A stretch of DNA of 64,000 bases from NCBI RefSeq assembly GCF_006345805.1, contig NC_043012.1, positions 29,140,001 through 29,204,000 of the forward strand, in the 5' to 3' direction. Each line of letters begins with the position of its first letter. Positions within the stretch are counted from its first letter, which is position 1. The translations under genes were made by a program, and so were the position numbers. Below, piece after piece: positions 11,919-24,080 of the stretch. Source of the stretch: Octopus sinensis. Lineage: Eukaryota. The notes under the pieces were generated by a model, which had not been told where the DNA came from, ran no database searches, and saw only the letters and a program-made list of their open reading frames with translations.

Positions 11919-14900
11919 ATGCTCAGAATAGGCCATATAAATGTACGTGGCTTGGGGTCGCCTTGGAAACAAGGCTACCTGTTAAATGACATCAAGTCAC
12001 TAAATCTGAATATCATAGCCATCAGTGAGACCAGACTCCACAGCTCGCGGGCACTCCAGCACAGTTTCGGTACACATTTCAACATTTATTTTTCTCCGTG
12101 TCTACCGAGAATGGGCGGAGGTGGCACCGCGGTGCTTCTCCGGAAGAGTCTGGATCTCAAAGTAAGAGCAATTTTCCTAGACCCGGGGGGTAGGCTGGTC
12201 GTTTTGGATGTCGATGGCAGCAATGAGTGTGATTTTCGACTGATAGCAGTTTATGCTCCGTCCTTAACAGGCCGACTAGATTTCTTTCGACGTCTAGAGT
12301 CTTTCATGGGAACGTCTCGTCCTTTACTTTTAGTGGGGGATTGGAATTCCACCCTGGGCACGCATCTAGACTACGTGGGCAGAGATAGCAATAGAAGGGG
12401 ATGCAAATGCCTCAAAGACCTGCTCAGACGTTTCCAACTGTCTGACAAGTACCGACTGGACCACCCGAATGTGCCAATGTGTACATGGAGTAACCGCATC
12501 GGGTCGTCCAGATCATACTTAGATAGAGTATTCTGTAGGACAATAGATAAAAATAGTGTTGGTTGTCCACAATTTCATATAGTCAGTTACACAGATCACA
12601 AGTTTGTGACTTGTACACTTGACTTAGATAAGACACATAGGCAGGGTCCTGGTTACTGGAAACTGAACGCGTCTTTTACAGCACGACAGGTTTACAGGGA
12701 CCGGATCAGCACATTAGTTAAGAGAGCTTTGACGGGTACCATCATCAACAACAGATGGTGGTATGCCCTAAAAAAACAATTAAAGCAGAATCAGTCAGAT
12801 ACAGTAAAGCCCTAGCATTAGACCGAAATAGAATAGAGGAGAGAATTAGTTAAGGTTTTAGAAGAGGCACTTAGAACTGGCATCGCGTCCAACGTGCTGG
12901 CGGCGAGATTGGCCCTCGACCAACACCTCAACACCTCAAGTATTCATGACACGAGGGATGCGTTGTCAGAGCTAGGATGCGTGCTCTGAGGAACGAAGGA
13001 GTTGGAGCCGCCCAAGAGGCCCGAGTGGTGGAGACGCAACGAGGCAACAGAGCCACCATCAAGTCTCTTATAGATGAACAGGGGCGCGAATTGCTCGAGC
13101 CTAAAAGGATGTGTGGGGCTTTTCAACAACACTTCACCCAACTGTTTGGGACAAGTGGTGGGTCAGAACGCAGAGTGGACTTTAGTGCATACCTGCATGC
13201 CTTGCCACGACTCTCAGCAAGAGAGGTGCAGTCTTGTGAAAGGCCTATCACAGCTGTGGACGTACAGGATGCGATGGAGGGCTGCGCGAGAGACAAGTCA
13301 CCAGGCTTGGATGGTCTGCCCTACCAACTTTATTGTCATATGCCAGACTTGTTTGGAGGCGTCTTGGCAGCTGTCTACTGCAACTGGCAGCAAAACGGGA
13401 GTATTCCTGCTTTTGTAAAGCGAGGAGCAGTGGCACTGATTAAGAAAGACCCAAACAAGGGGGACGTCATAGATAATTTCAGGCCCATCACTCTGCTCAA
13501 CGCAGATTTGAAAATTTTAGCCAAGGTGTCAGCCGAGAGGTTGGTGCTTGTCATCAAGAAACTAATCGACAAGGCGCAAACATGCGCCGTGCCGGGTAGA
13601 AGTATTCATGACAACCCCCATCTGATGCGCTACATCATAGACAGGGTAGTTAAGAATCCTGGCATAGGTGGGGCGCTGATCAATTTGGATTAATCAAAAG
13701 CTTTCGATAGGGTAGACCATCACTACTTAGAGGCTGTCCTTAAAGCGGCTGGTTTCGGTCCAGTTTTCCGCGGTTGGATCGCTGCCTTATACAGCAGCAT
13801 CCGCTCAGTAGTTCGCGTAAATGGTCATCTATCCAGACCTTTTAACATCATGCGTTCGGTCCGTCAGGAATGCCCCCTCTCATCGCTGCTGTATGTATTG
13901 ACTCTTGAGCCACTACTGCGGAAACTGGCGACGCTGAGGGGCATCCCACGAGAGCTGGGATGCGGGAGGAGCGTGTCTGCATACGCGGATGACGTCACCG
14001 TCATAGTGTCGAGCTACCAGCACATCGAGCTGGTCGGCGAGACACTAAAAGAACACGAAGCGGTAACGGGAGCAAAAATTAACCGGGAAAAGTCAGTGGG
14101 CTTGCGGCTCGGCACCTGGAGAAGCAGGCCCATGCCGTCCAACAGCATCTCCATCGTGGGACGCTGGACGGACGGACCGGTTAAATTGCTCGGGGTCTGG
14201 TTCGGTCCGGACCTCCAAATGGAGAAGAACTGGGGCGAGATAACGACTAGGGTGGCTACTCTCACCCAGAAATGGGCTGAGAGAAAGCTATCCCTAAAAG
14301 GTCGGGCGGAGGTGGCGAACGCGTACATCGCATCCGTCATCGAGTATCGTCTGACCGTCGTGCCTTGTCCCGACCCTACCATCACCAAACTGGAACGTAT
14401 ACTCTTCCGCTTCCTTTGGAAGGGAAACGTTCCGATGGTCAGGCGATCCATTTGCTGTCAACACCCGCTAAATGGAGGGCTGGGCATGCCGTGGTTGATG
14501 ATGCGCAGACATGCGCTGAGACTGCGACATCTCCGGCGCTTCATAGACGACGGGGAACAGGTGTGGTCGCCTTTTGTGCGACGCGCTTTCTCGCAGCTCG
14601 TCTCCTTGGACGAACTATAAGCAGAGACCGAGGCTAGGCGAATGGCACCGCGAGTGTCGCGTTGCTCTCAAGCAACTCTGCCGTCCGGGGTCGAACTTGT
14701 GCGACTCCATCACAACAAAAGCATTTTATAGAGGATTAGTGGAGGGGAGGTGCGACGACGAACTCGGGCAGAGTCTGGGCGTCGACGAGGAACACCTGAC
14801 CCGCCTGTTCAGGACAACTTTCGGGCCGGGACCTATGAACAATCACCAAAGATCCCTGGCCTGGCAGTGCTATCGAGAAGCATTACCTGTTCGGGATAAG

Positions 14901-15387
14901 CTCTACAGACACGGTTCCAGACATACTGGACCGACTTGCCCGAGATGCGGTCAGAGCGACGAAACCGTTCTGCACGCACTCGTGCAATGTCCAACCATTT
15001 CAGACCTGTGGGCTTATGCCGAACGGCCGAGTCTATCGTGAGAATTGCTCCGCCCCCTTCCCTCAACCGGGAAGGCAAGGCAGTTTTCATCGTACTGGTG
15101 GCCATGGTGAAAGAATGTGTGTGGTGGACCCGAGCGAAAGGATTAGAGACAAACACTTACCTCTCTGGCCAATCGCTCATCAACTTTTTCAAGTACCACT
15201 TGAAAAGGAAGGTGAGAATGGAGAGGGAAGTTTTGTCTCGCGAAAGATTAAAAAAAAGATGAGGGTGGAAACATTGTCGTGCTCATGACGCCTATTAAGA
15301 TTGAAGAATGAATCCACATTTTATCTTCAGGCAACAGCAAAGATGGTGCGTGCGAGTGACGAAACCATTTTGAGCATGACCCTGTAA
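11919..15387 (+). pseudogene. Tx1 ORF2 (APE endonuclease, reverse transcriptase, zinc finger) with stops and frameshifts
   Basis: MLRIGHINVRGL, AISETRL, VGDWNS, YLDRVF, TDHK, SPGLDG, NFRPITLLNADLKILAK, RQECPLSSLLY, SAYADDVT and CPRCGQSDETVLHALVQCP. Confidence 0.92.
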
Positions 15388-15686
15388 ATCGTAAAAAAGA
15401 AAGAGAGAGAGCATTTTGCTCTCATGTGGTTATTTCCTCCCTGACTGAGATTCCCGTGGTCTTTTCTGTAGGCTTTTCTTCCCACGGATGAACCCAATCT
15501 TGTTTTATCAACGTTTTTATCAATGTTTCTGTGATACACGATTTCTTTCCTTTTTTTTTTTTTTCCTCTCGATCCCTTTTGATCGCAATCTTACATTTAT
15601 TTCCTTTTTTCCACCCTCGAAAAGAAAAGCTCTACATTTGTATTTGTCCCCTCTGTATTCAGCCCTGTGTGGCTAATAAAAGAAAG

Positions 15687-15687
<1 letters not shown>

Positions 15688-15776
<89 letters not shown>

Positions 15777-15800
15777 GTCTGTCTGTCTGTCTGTCTATCT
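15688..15800. repeat. (TATC)n/(GTCT)n microsatellite, 3' flank of the Tx1 element
   Basis: Direct reading. Confidence 0.98.
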
Positions 15801-15999
15801 ATGCCTCTGTGTGTGTATGTGTGTATTGGCAGTATACCAGGCGTTGCTTGGAAAACAAACAACTAAGATGTTGACGAATTACTGGTGAATGAATCGTGAT
15901 ATTTCTGTATATTTCTGTATAGTATTTTGTAAAACGTCACATTTAGAGCTTTTGTATCAAAATAGTCTTACAGACAAACAACTCACAGAGAAGGGTCTA

Positions 16000-16380
16000 A
16001 TGACAAAGAATGTTCTAATTTTTCTTACTAGAGCATTGATATATTTATTATTTCCCTTGCTCCCACCACATGAACATCCAATATAAAGCTATCTGTGAGA
16101 GAAGCAGGATTCTTCCAACTACAGTCCAACTACTTCTGGCCTAGCAAAGATTAGGGACATGAGAGTCTCGAGTCTCTTGAGCTGATATGACACATCAGAA
16201 AAGTTGATACGGACTCTCGGAATGAACACATCTTTGTTACAACCGAAAAGTATTGTAGCTTCGATAACATGGGACATGAATTTCTTAGCAATGTTCCCTT
16301 ACACTTATATCATTCAAGGTTACAAGCATGCATTATGGGTGCTTTGTTGTATAGCTGACCATTTGATGTGGATCACGAGC
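16000..16380 (-). pseudogene. Helitron PIF1-like helicase C-terminal remnant
   Basis: Manual translation KKFMSHVIEATILFGCNKDVFIPRV...QLKRL...VVGL*LEESCFSH...LYIGCS follows the Helitron helicase pattern VIEATIL...VFIPRI...FKRLQFP...CFSHGQLYV. Confidence 0.7.
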
Positions 16381-17119
16381 TACACCCGTTGCTTAACTCC
16401 TAACCAACTACTTTGAGTAAATATTTCTTTCATACAATCATATGTAATTCCAGTTGTTTCCCAAAAGGTTTCAGAAGACCACAACAACAGATGATTCTGT
16501 TATGCTGACTGTTTGTATATTAATGTATGTGTGTAATTTGTGTTGTATGGTATTTGATACACCTGTATTAGTTTGTTATTCATACATGCTGTCCCTTGGC
16601 TGATGGAGATAGGGTGGAAACATTGTCGTGCTCATGACGCCTATTAAGATAGAAGAATGAATCCACATTTTATCTTCAGGCAATTAGCCTATTCTTTTCC
16701 TTTATAGCATGTTAATTTTGGGAAATTTTTAATTCTTGAGATTACTTTCCCCTTCTGATATGGACCTGCGATTTAGTAATTCTGTAAAGGTGGAGATGAT
16801 TTCCATAAATCAAGGATTTATGTTATATTTGATATACATGTCTCTTTCTTTCTTTCTCTCTCTCTCTCCCTCTCTTCTTCTGTATACACACACACACACA
16901 CAAATATATGCACACACATATATATGCACACACATACATATATATATACATACATACAAATATATATACAAAAACATTACGTTATATAATTAGGGTTCAG
17001 TAAAATAATTTACTTTACCACACAGCGAACTTTTAGAAATAGTTTTAAATATACCGTAAATGGTCTTTTTACATACTGAACACTACTTGGTAAAATTAAT
17101 TAATTTTACCCTTTTATTA

Positions 17120-17191
<72 letters not shown>

Positions 17192-17214
17192 CAAACACAC
17201 ACACATACACACAC

Positions 17215-17247
<33 letters not shown>

Positions 17248-17474
17248 CAATGTTTGTTTTTATGTTGAGTTGTAATGAAAGCAATTTTATATTAATCTGA
17301 TGGGTTACTCTATATTTTTGTCAAGTACAAATTTATTATTCTTAACCAAGAATGTTGTTGACAGTGGTTTCAATGTTTCGGCCAGCTAAGCCACAGAGCA
17401 CAATGTCAGCTAAGCTATCAATTGCTTAACTGGCCGAAACTTCGAAGTCATTGCCATCAATATTCTTGTTTAAG

Positions 17475-17555
<81 letters not shown>

Positions 17556-17945
17556 AGAAGAAGAAGAAGAAGAAGAAGAAGAAGAAGAAAAGAATGCGGA
17601 AATGGTATGATAGTGGTAGGATGTTTAAATGGTCAAGTGCCCAGAAAGTGACTTCTTGTGAATGGTAGTAGTGATTGAATTCATTGACATATCTCTTTTG
17701 AATGTATTGTTTACAATATTTGCGTATAGTAATGTAAGGAAGGAGGTGGCGGAGAGGAAGAAGACGAAGAAGAAGGAGAAAAAGAAGAGAGAACAATAAG
17801 GGAATGCGGTATGGTATGATAGTAGTAGGATGTTAAATGGTCAAGTGACCTAAAAGTGACTCGTTGTGGATTATAGCAGTGATTGGGACTGAATTTATGA
17901 ATTCTTGGGTATATATATATATATATATATATATAAACCAAGAAT

Positions 17946-17988
<43 letters not shown>

Positions 17989-17990
<2 letters not shown>

Positions 17991-18380
17991 ACTCTTTTAC
18001 TTGTTTCAGTCATTTGACTGCGGCCATGCTGGAGCACCGCCTTTAGTCGAGCAAATCGACCCTGGGACTTATTCTTTGTAAGCCCAGTACTTATTCTATC
18101 AGTCTCTTTTGCCGAACCGCTAGTGACGGGGACGTAAACACACACCAGCATCGGTTGTCAAGCAATGCTAGGGGGACAAACACAGACCACAAAACACACA
18201 TATATATATATATATATATACATTATACGACAGGCTTCTTACAGTTTCCGTTCACCAAATCCATTCACAAGGCATTGTCGGCCCGGGGCTATAGCAGAAG
18301 ACACTTGCCCAAGATGCCACGCAGTTGGACTGAACCCGGAACCATGTGGTTGGTAAGCAAGCTACTTACCACAGCCACTC

Positions 18381-18384
<4 letters not shown>
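17989..18384 (-). mobile_element. Well-preserved tRNA-derived SINE (family A)
   Basis: Head ggagtggctgtggtaagtagcttgcttaccaaccacatggttccgggttcagtcc (A and B boxes), internal (TA)n, tail gactgaaacaagtaaaagagta. Confidence 0.9.
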
Positions 18385-18419
<35 letters not shown>

Positions 18420-18441
18420 CATGCATGCATAAATACATACA

Positions 18442-18503
<62 letters not shown>

Positions 18504-18777
18504 CACGCACAAACACACACACGCACACATATATATATGCATGCATATACATATATATGTATGTATGTGTATATGTATGTATATATGCATATGTATATAT
18601 ATATGTGTGTATCTCTGTGTGTTTGTCTGCCCTACCACCGCTAGGCAACCGTTGCTGGTGTGTTTGCGGTTCGGCAAAGAAATCCGATAGAATAAGTATC
18701 GAGATTAAAAAGAAAGTAAGTACTAAAAAATTCAAGGCGTTGCCCCAGCAGGGCCGCAGTCTGATGACTGAAATAAA

Positions 18778-19000
18778 TCTCTTATTATAAAAGGCAGATT
18801 TTATCTGCCTCCCTTTGTCACTTATAGAAATCTACAATATAGGATTTCTTCAATTACAATTTACCTAGCATTTTTAAGAGTAGAATGCATCGGATTTTGC
18901 CAGGTCCGGTTTTAAAAATTTCAACCCCAATTAAGCAAAATTTAGAGAAAACTCACATTCTGGTGTGTATGTCAAATGCTTTTCTTAATGTGGTTTACAA
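18778..19000 (+). mobile_element. 5' part of a non-autonomous Helitron-like repeat (second copy at 25709-25930)
   Basis: Starts A|TCTCTTATTATAAAAG; about 210 bp nearly identical to 25709-25930; no clear 3' CTAG end. Confidence 0.55.
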
Positions 19001-19298
19001 CCACACGCAAACGCACACACACAGTGTGCAACGAATAAATGAAAACTAATTCACTGTGTGTGTGTTGACAGGTAGACAATAGAATGCGATGGCGATGTAA
19101 TATTTGTTTCTGTCTATGACGCTGATAGATACATGAGTAAAATGTATGGGAAGCTAAGAGATAAGAGTGAGTGAAAATGTTCTTGGAAGAGAGTAAATAG
19201 CAAGAGAGTGATTTGAGGAAGACTTTACATTAAATACCCGTAGTGGCTTGTATATATATATTATATATTATATATATATATATATATATAATATATAT

Positions 19299-19555
19299 AC
19301 ATAAGACAGTAAGGTGTGATTTGAGGGAGATTTGGCTGCTATTTCTGCCATGTAGGGGTCTCCCTCATAGGCTCATACATACATATATACATAGATACAG
19401 TAAGGTGTGATTTGGGGGAAATTTGGCTGCTATTTCTACCAGGTCTAGCTACCATGTAGAGGTCCCCCTCATTGGCTCATATATAATAACATACATAAGA
19501 CAGTAAGGTGTGATTTGAGGGAGATTTGGCGCTGTTTCTACCAGGTCTGTTAGGC
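19299..19555. repeat. Three tandem copies of a roughly 90-105 bp unit
   Basis: acagtaaggtgtgatttg(a/g)ggga(g/a)atttggc recurs at about 19306, 19397 and 19500. Confidence 0.85.
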
Positions 19556-19935
19556 CTTCTCATGTAAACTCAAGCTTTCTCATGCCTTGAACATAAGACC
19601 AAAGCAGAGAATGTATTCTTTTCTTTTATTCTTCTGCTTTTTCCAGCCATTGGTCTGTGGCCATGCTGGGGCAATGCCTTGAAGAATTGTAGTTTAATGA
19701 ATCAACTCCAGTTTTATTTTGTAAGCATTGTACTTATTCTCTGTTTCCTTTGTCAAACCACTAGGTGACAAGGGATGTAAACAAACCAGCATTCGTTGTC
19801 AAGCAGTGATGGAGGACAATCACAAGCACAGACACGCACACACACACACATACATGCTACACATAACACACATACACATACATACATATATATATATGTG
19901 TGTATATATATATTGCAGCGTGGAAGGTGTTTGTA

Positions 19936-20146
19936 AGCCATTTAAGAATCACACAAAAACCGTTAGATTCACTTCAACATTTAAATTTAATTTGCCAAAA
20001 TATTTTCCTCGCTTTGAGACCGCGACCTGTTCATGACAAAAATATCGTGCTAACAGGTCGCGGTCTCAAAGCGACGAAAATATTTTGACAAATTAAATTT
20101 AAATGTTGAAGTGAATCTAACGGTTTTTGTGTGTTCTTAAATGGCT
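19936..20146. repeat. Near-perfect inverted repeat (about 95-bp arms), probable MITE
   Basis: 19936-20031 is the reverse complement of 20052-20146 with few mismatches. Confidence 0.85.
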
Positions 20147-20313
20147 GCAACTGTTTTCGTTCCAGTACACGATCTCAGATCAAGTCACTTGCTATGCAAG
20201 TACATCTCTGTAAACTATTATATATTTATATATATATATATATGTATATTGGTAAAAAACAGTAAGATAACAAAAGAAAGAAAGAGACCTCAATATTATG
20301 TAAATAGAGGAAA

Positions 20314-20706
20314 TCTTTATATATAAAAGTGCGGTTGTGTGTCTGTCTCCTACGATTTAGATTCCTAACTACTCCCACATTTTGCGGTGCAGTTTAACCA
20401 ACACCGGTATCTTATAGTCGTGATTCATATCGAGCCCGTCTGGGTATTAGCGCGCGTCTACGATGAGTCTACGATTTAAAAAAAAAATTACCATCAATTT
20501 TTCCCATTTTTAATCCATTTTTGACATATATAAGGGAAGTAACTCTCTAAAATTTATTATTAAATCTCAGAACGTAAAATCTACAGTAACACCCCTCCCC
20601 CTTTGTGGTTAGCCATATTGAGATGGCTATTATACTTTACATCTCTAAAAATGCTTATATAATTATTTCCCTTACAAACCCGAGCAACGCCGGGCGATAC
20701 TGCTAG
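20314..20706 (+). mobile_element. Non-autonomous Helitron
   Basis: Sits between A and T; 5' TC, 3' hairpin cccgagcaacgccggg followed by CTAG. Confidence 0.9.
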
Positions 20707-20871
20707 TAAAATATAAAAGATAAAAGATATATATCTATCTGTTCAAAACTTATCTCTCTAATCTACATATATGGCTAGAGATATAGGCTAACCACTTAGA
20801 TATATAGTTATCTGAATTTTCTATATAGATTTGACTATCCATCCATCCATCAATCTATCCATTTATCAATC

Positions 20872-20948
<77 letters not shown>

Positions 20949-21889
20949 TACGTATGTATGTGTGTGTGTTGTGTATACACGCACACGTACACTACTCTTT
21001 CGTTCAGTCTGTCTCTCTCTCTCTCTCTCTCCCCATCCTCTACATATCTAACGTATTTAACTAATATAATCATATAATCTATATAACCGATTAATTCTCA
21101 CGAAGGCAGTCAATTTCCATAAGTTTCGACTTGGCCAGGAATATATCTGCAAACCCAATTACTTACTTTCCCATTTATCACACAGAGAAACCTGTAAATC
21201 TGCTCAGCCTTGCAAAAAATGAAATATTAAATTGGGGACCCAGAACAATATTTCATTCAGCTTCCGTTCGAGAAAACTGACATAAAAACTTAAATAAATG
21301 TTATAAATGTCTGTTTATTTATTTGTACGTAGATATGAACATGTGCGTGCGCGCGCCTGGTTGTGGATATACGCGCGTAAGAGACAGAGTCGCTGTTTTC
21401 TATTTCTCGTTCTGTCACGGGAAAATGAATTCCAAGCAGAAGTGAAAAATGTGAAATATATATATATAGACACACACATATATACATATATTACATATAT
21501 ATATGTATGTATACATATATATATTCACGTATTCAAATATTTATGTATATGTGTATATGCATATCTGTGAGTGGGTGTAAGTATATATATATATGTATAT
21601 ATATACACACGCACACATATATTACATATATATATGTATGTATACATATATATATATTCACGTATTCATATGTCTATGTATATGTGAGAGTGGGTGTAAG
21701 TATATATATTTACATACATAGATGTATACATACACTTATATATTTGTACATTAACACACATGTACATGTATACATATGTATATATGTATGTATCGAAAGA
21801 GGAATGGTTAATTTTAATTCTGATTGAGTTAAGCTGGAGGTGACAGATGCCTATACTGATATGCAAACATATTCACATGCCTTATACAG

Positions 21890-21928
21890 TGTATATATAT
21901 ATATAATATATATATATATATATGTATG

Positions 21929-21959
<31 letters not shown>

Positions 21960-21999
21960 TATATATATATTATATATATATGTATATATATATATATAT

Positions 22000-22079
<80 letters not shown>

Positions 22080-22110
22080 ATATATATATATATAATGTAT
22101 ATATATATAT

Positions 22111-22142
<32 letters not shown>

Positions 22143-22260
22143 ATATATATATATGTTATATATATATATATGTATATATATGTATATATATATATGTATA
22201 TATATACATTATATATTATATATATATATATATTATATATATATATATATATGTATATGC
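21890..22260. repeat. Long imperfect (TA)n tract
   Basis: Direct reading. Confidence 0.97.
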
Positions 22261-22586
22261 ATATGGATCGTCCGTAGACATGAATCCGAAAAAAGAAGCA
22301 CACTTAAGTTATAGTGCATATAAACTTACATATATTCATATTTGTGTGCGTGCGTCTATTCAGAAGTCTGATATATGAGTTTAATTTGGAAACTAACTCC
22401 ATAAGTCTTGGTTTTAATTCTTGCTATTCCTGTTCATTGATGTCAATAAATTGAAAGCGGAAGGCGTGAGTGTTACACAACCTCTTCCTTTTATTTAGAT
22501 TTGGGTGCTCAAGTTTCCTTTCTTTTATTATTTATCACTATCGTAGCTACGATCATAACTTTCATCATCATCATACATATAGGTAC

Positions 22587-22696
22587 AACTATCATCATAA
22601 CAATGATCATAACTATCATCATAACAATGATCATAACTATCATCATAGCAATGATCATAACTATCATCATAACAATGATCATAACTATCATCATAG
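22587..22696. repeat. 24-bp minisatellite (aactatcatcataacaatgatcat), about 4.6 units
   Basis: Units start at 22587, 22611, 22635, 22659 and 22683. Confidence 0.9.
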
Positions 22697-23825
22697 TAAC
22701 AAAAATACCATCCTCCATCGTTATGTCGCTTTCATCATTATCGCAATACAATTTCACAAGTGGACTTTATCCATTTGAAATTGAAATAGCAGCTAAATTC
22801 CTTCAAATTACACCGTACTGTCTCAGTACAAGACACATTGGTCAATGTAGTCCTATCTATGCAAAAAGTTAAAGTGATCGAAACTGAAATGCCTCTGGTC
22901 TTTAATCTGCTCAGACAGACAACAACAATAACAACATTTCCATTTAGTGAATGAGGTCTTTTGTGGGTCTGTTGACCTGCTAGATATAGCAGTCAAATTT
23001 CTATCAAACCACCTCCTACCATCTTATAGAAAACAGGTTAGATTAGATAACGTAGTCGTACATATACTACTCAACCGAAAGAAACAAGGAAAGTTGGTAG
23101 TTGAATAGCATTGATTGTAGGTGAGCTCGATTAGAATTGAACTTGAAATGAATAACAATAAAGGAGTACCACCCGTCTGCCTCCTCCTTGTCATTATCAA
23201 TATTTATTATTCATTGTCGTCCGCGAGCTGTGGTCTAGAATGTGGCCTTTTTCTATGTTCCTTCTGGACTATTCCAAATATACGAGAAGTAAAGCCTTAT
23301 GAGCCTTATTTGAAATATGGTTCAATACCAACAATTTCCGCCTCGGTGAGCCCAGAGAGGAAGCTTGGTCTTTCGAATGCTGTTTCGGTCGACGGTAAGG
23401 AGACAGGTGGGTGAGTTTGGGTAATTTCACTCTATTCTTATTGAATATTCTGTTTATGTGTTTGTGCAGTTGTAAATTATTGCTAGGGGTTTCCGTTTAT
23501 GGAAGCTGAGCAAGTAGCATGTGGTGTAGAGGCCGCGTGTGGACAATATTCATGTGCAATATGAAGTGAAAATGATATAATCCGTGAAGGGGTAACTGTA
23601 CAGTATGAAAATTAAAAGAACCATAGCCACTGACTGATGTAGATAGAAAGGTCCTTGGACATATTTTGCGATCTGATAAGGTAAGTCCTGATCATAAAAC
23701 GGATGAAGCCCAATATGAACAGTTTTGCTAGGTGGATCTCGCAATACATTTAAACGCCTTGCCAAGGGCAACAGGGTTACTGTCACCAAAGGCGATTGTT
23801 TGAAAGTGTTTCCATTACTTTGAGA

Positions 23826-24080
23826 TGTTAGAGGTGAAAATGCCAGTGTGTTGAATCAGGTATTAGGCAGGATCCGAACGGGTTATACTCTAGTATGTTT
23901 CTATAAGTTGGGATACATGGTGGTGACAGAAGAAGGGAGAGAGAAAGAGAAAGTGAGAGAGAGAATAAATTTAGGTAGAAAAGAAAAAGGAAACTAGGTG
24001 AACTAGCAGCTAGAGGGTGTATCACATAAATTGGTGACCCCCGAGAATAAACATAAATTGGTGACCAACCGACGTGAAAT
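23826..24080 (+). mobile_element. LTR-retrotransposon remnant: LTR-like segment plus tRNA-Trp-type primer-binding site
   Basis: The segment ends ...atcaca, then TGGTGACCCC (24032) and TGGTGACCAACCGACGTGA (24059). These resemble TGGTGACCCCGACGTGA, the complement of the tRNA-Trp 3' end. LTR start uncertain. Confidence 0.45.

Larger units (their letters stand above)
9461..15687 (+). mobile_element. Structurally full-length (about 6.2 kb) Tx1/L1-clade non-LTR retrotransposon, inactivated
   Basis: 5' UTR, ORF1 with a CCHC knuckle, short spacer, ORF2 with APE, RT and C-terminal zinc finger, and a 3' UTR ending gctaataaaagaaag; (TATC)n on both sides. Confidence 0.95.

Noticed and set aside
22587-22696. 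Regular 24-bp repeat as a CRISPR-like array or His-rich CDS
   Set aside because: There are no spacers, the context is eukaryotic, and the unit derives from (CAT)n sequence; it is an ordinary minisatellite.
23600-23740. KVLGHILRSDKVSPDHK resembling a Gypsy RT motif
   Set aside because: A single short match with no supporting neighbouring motifs.
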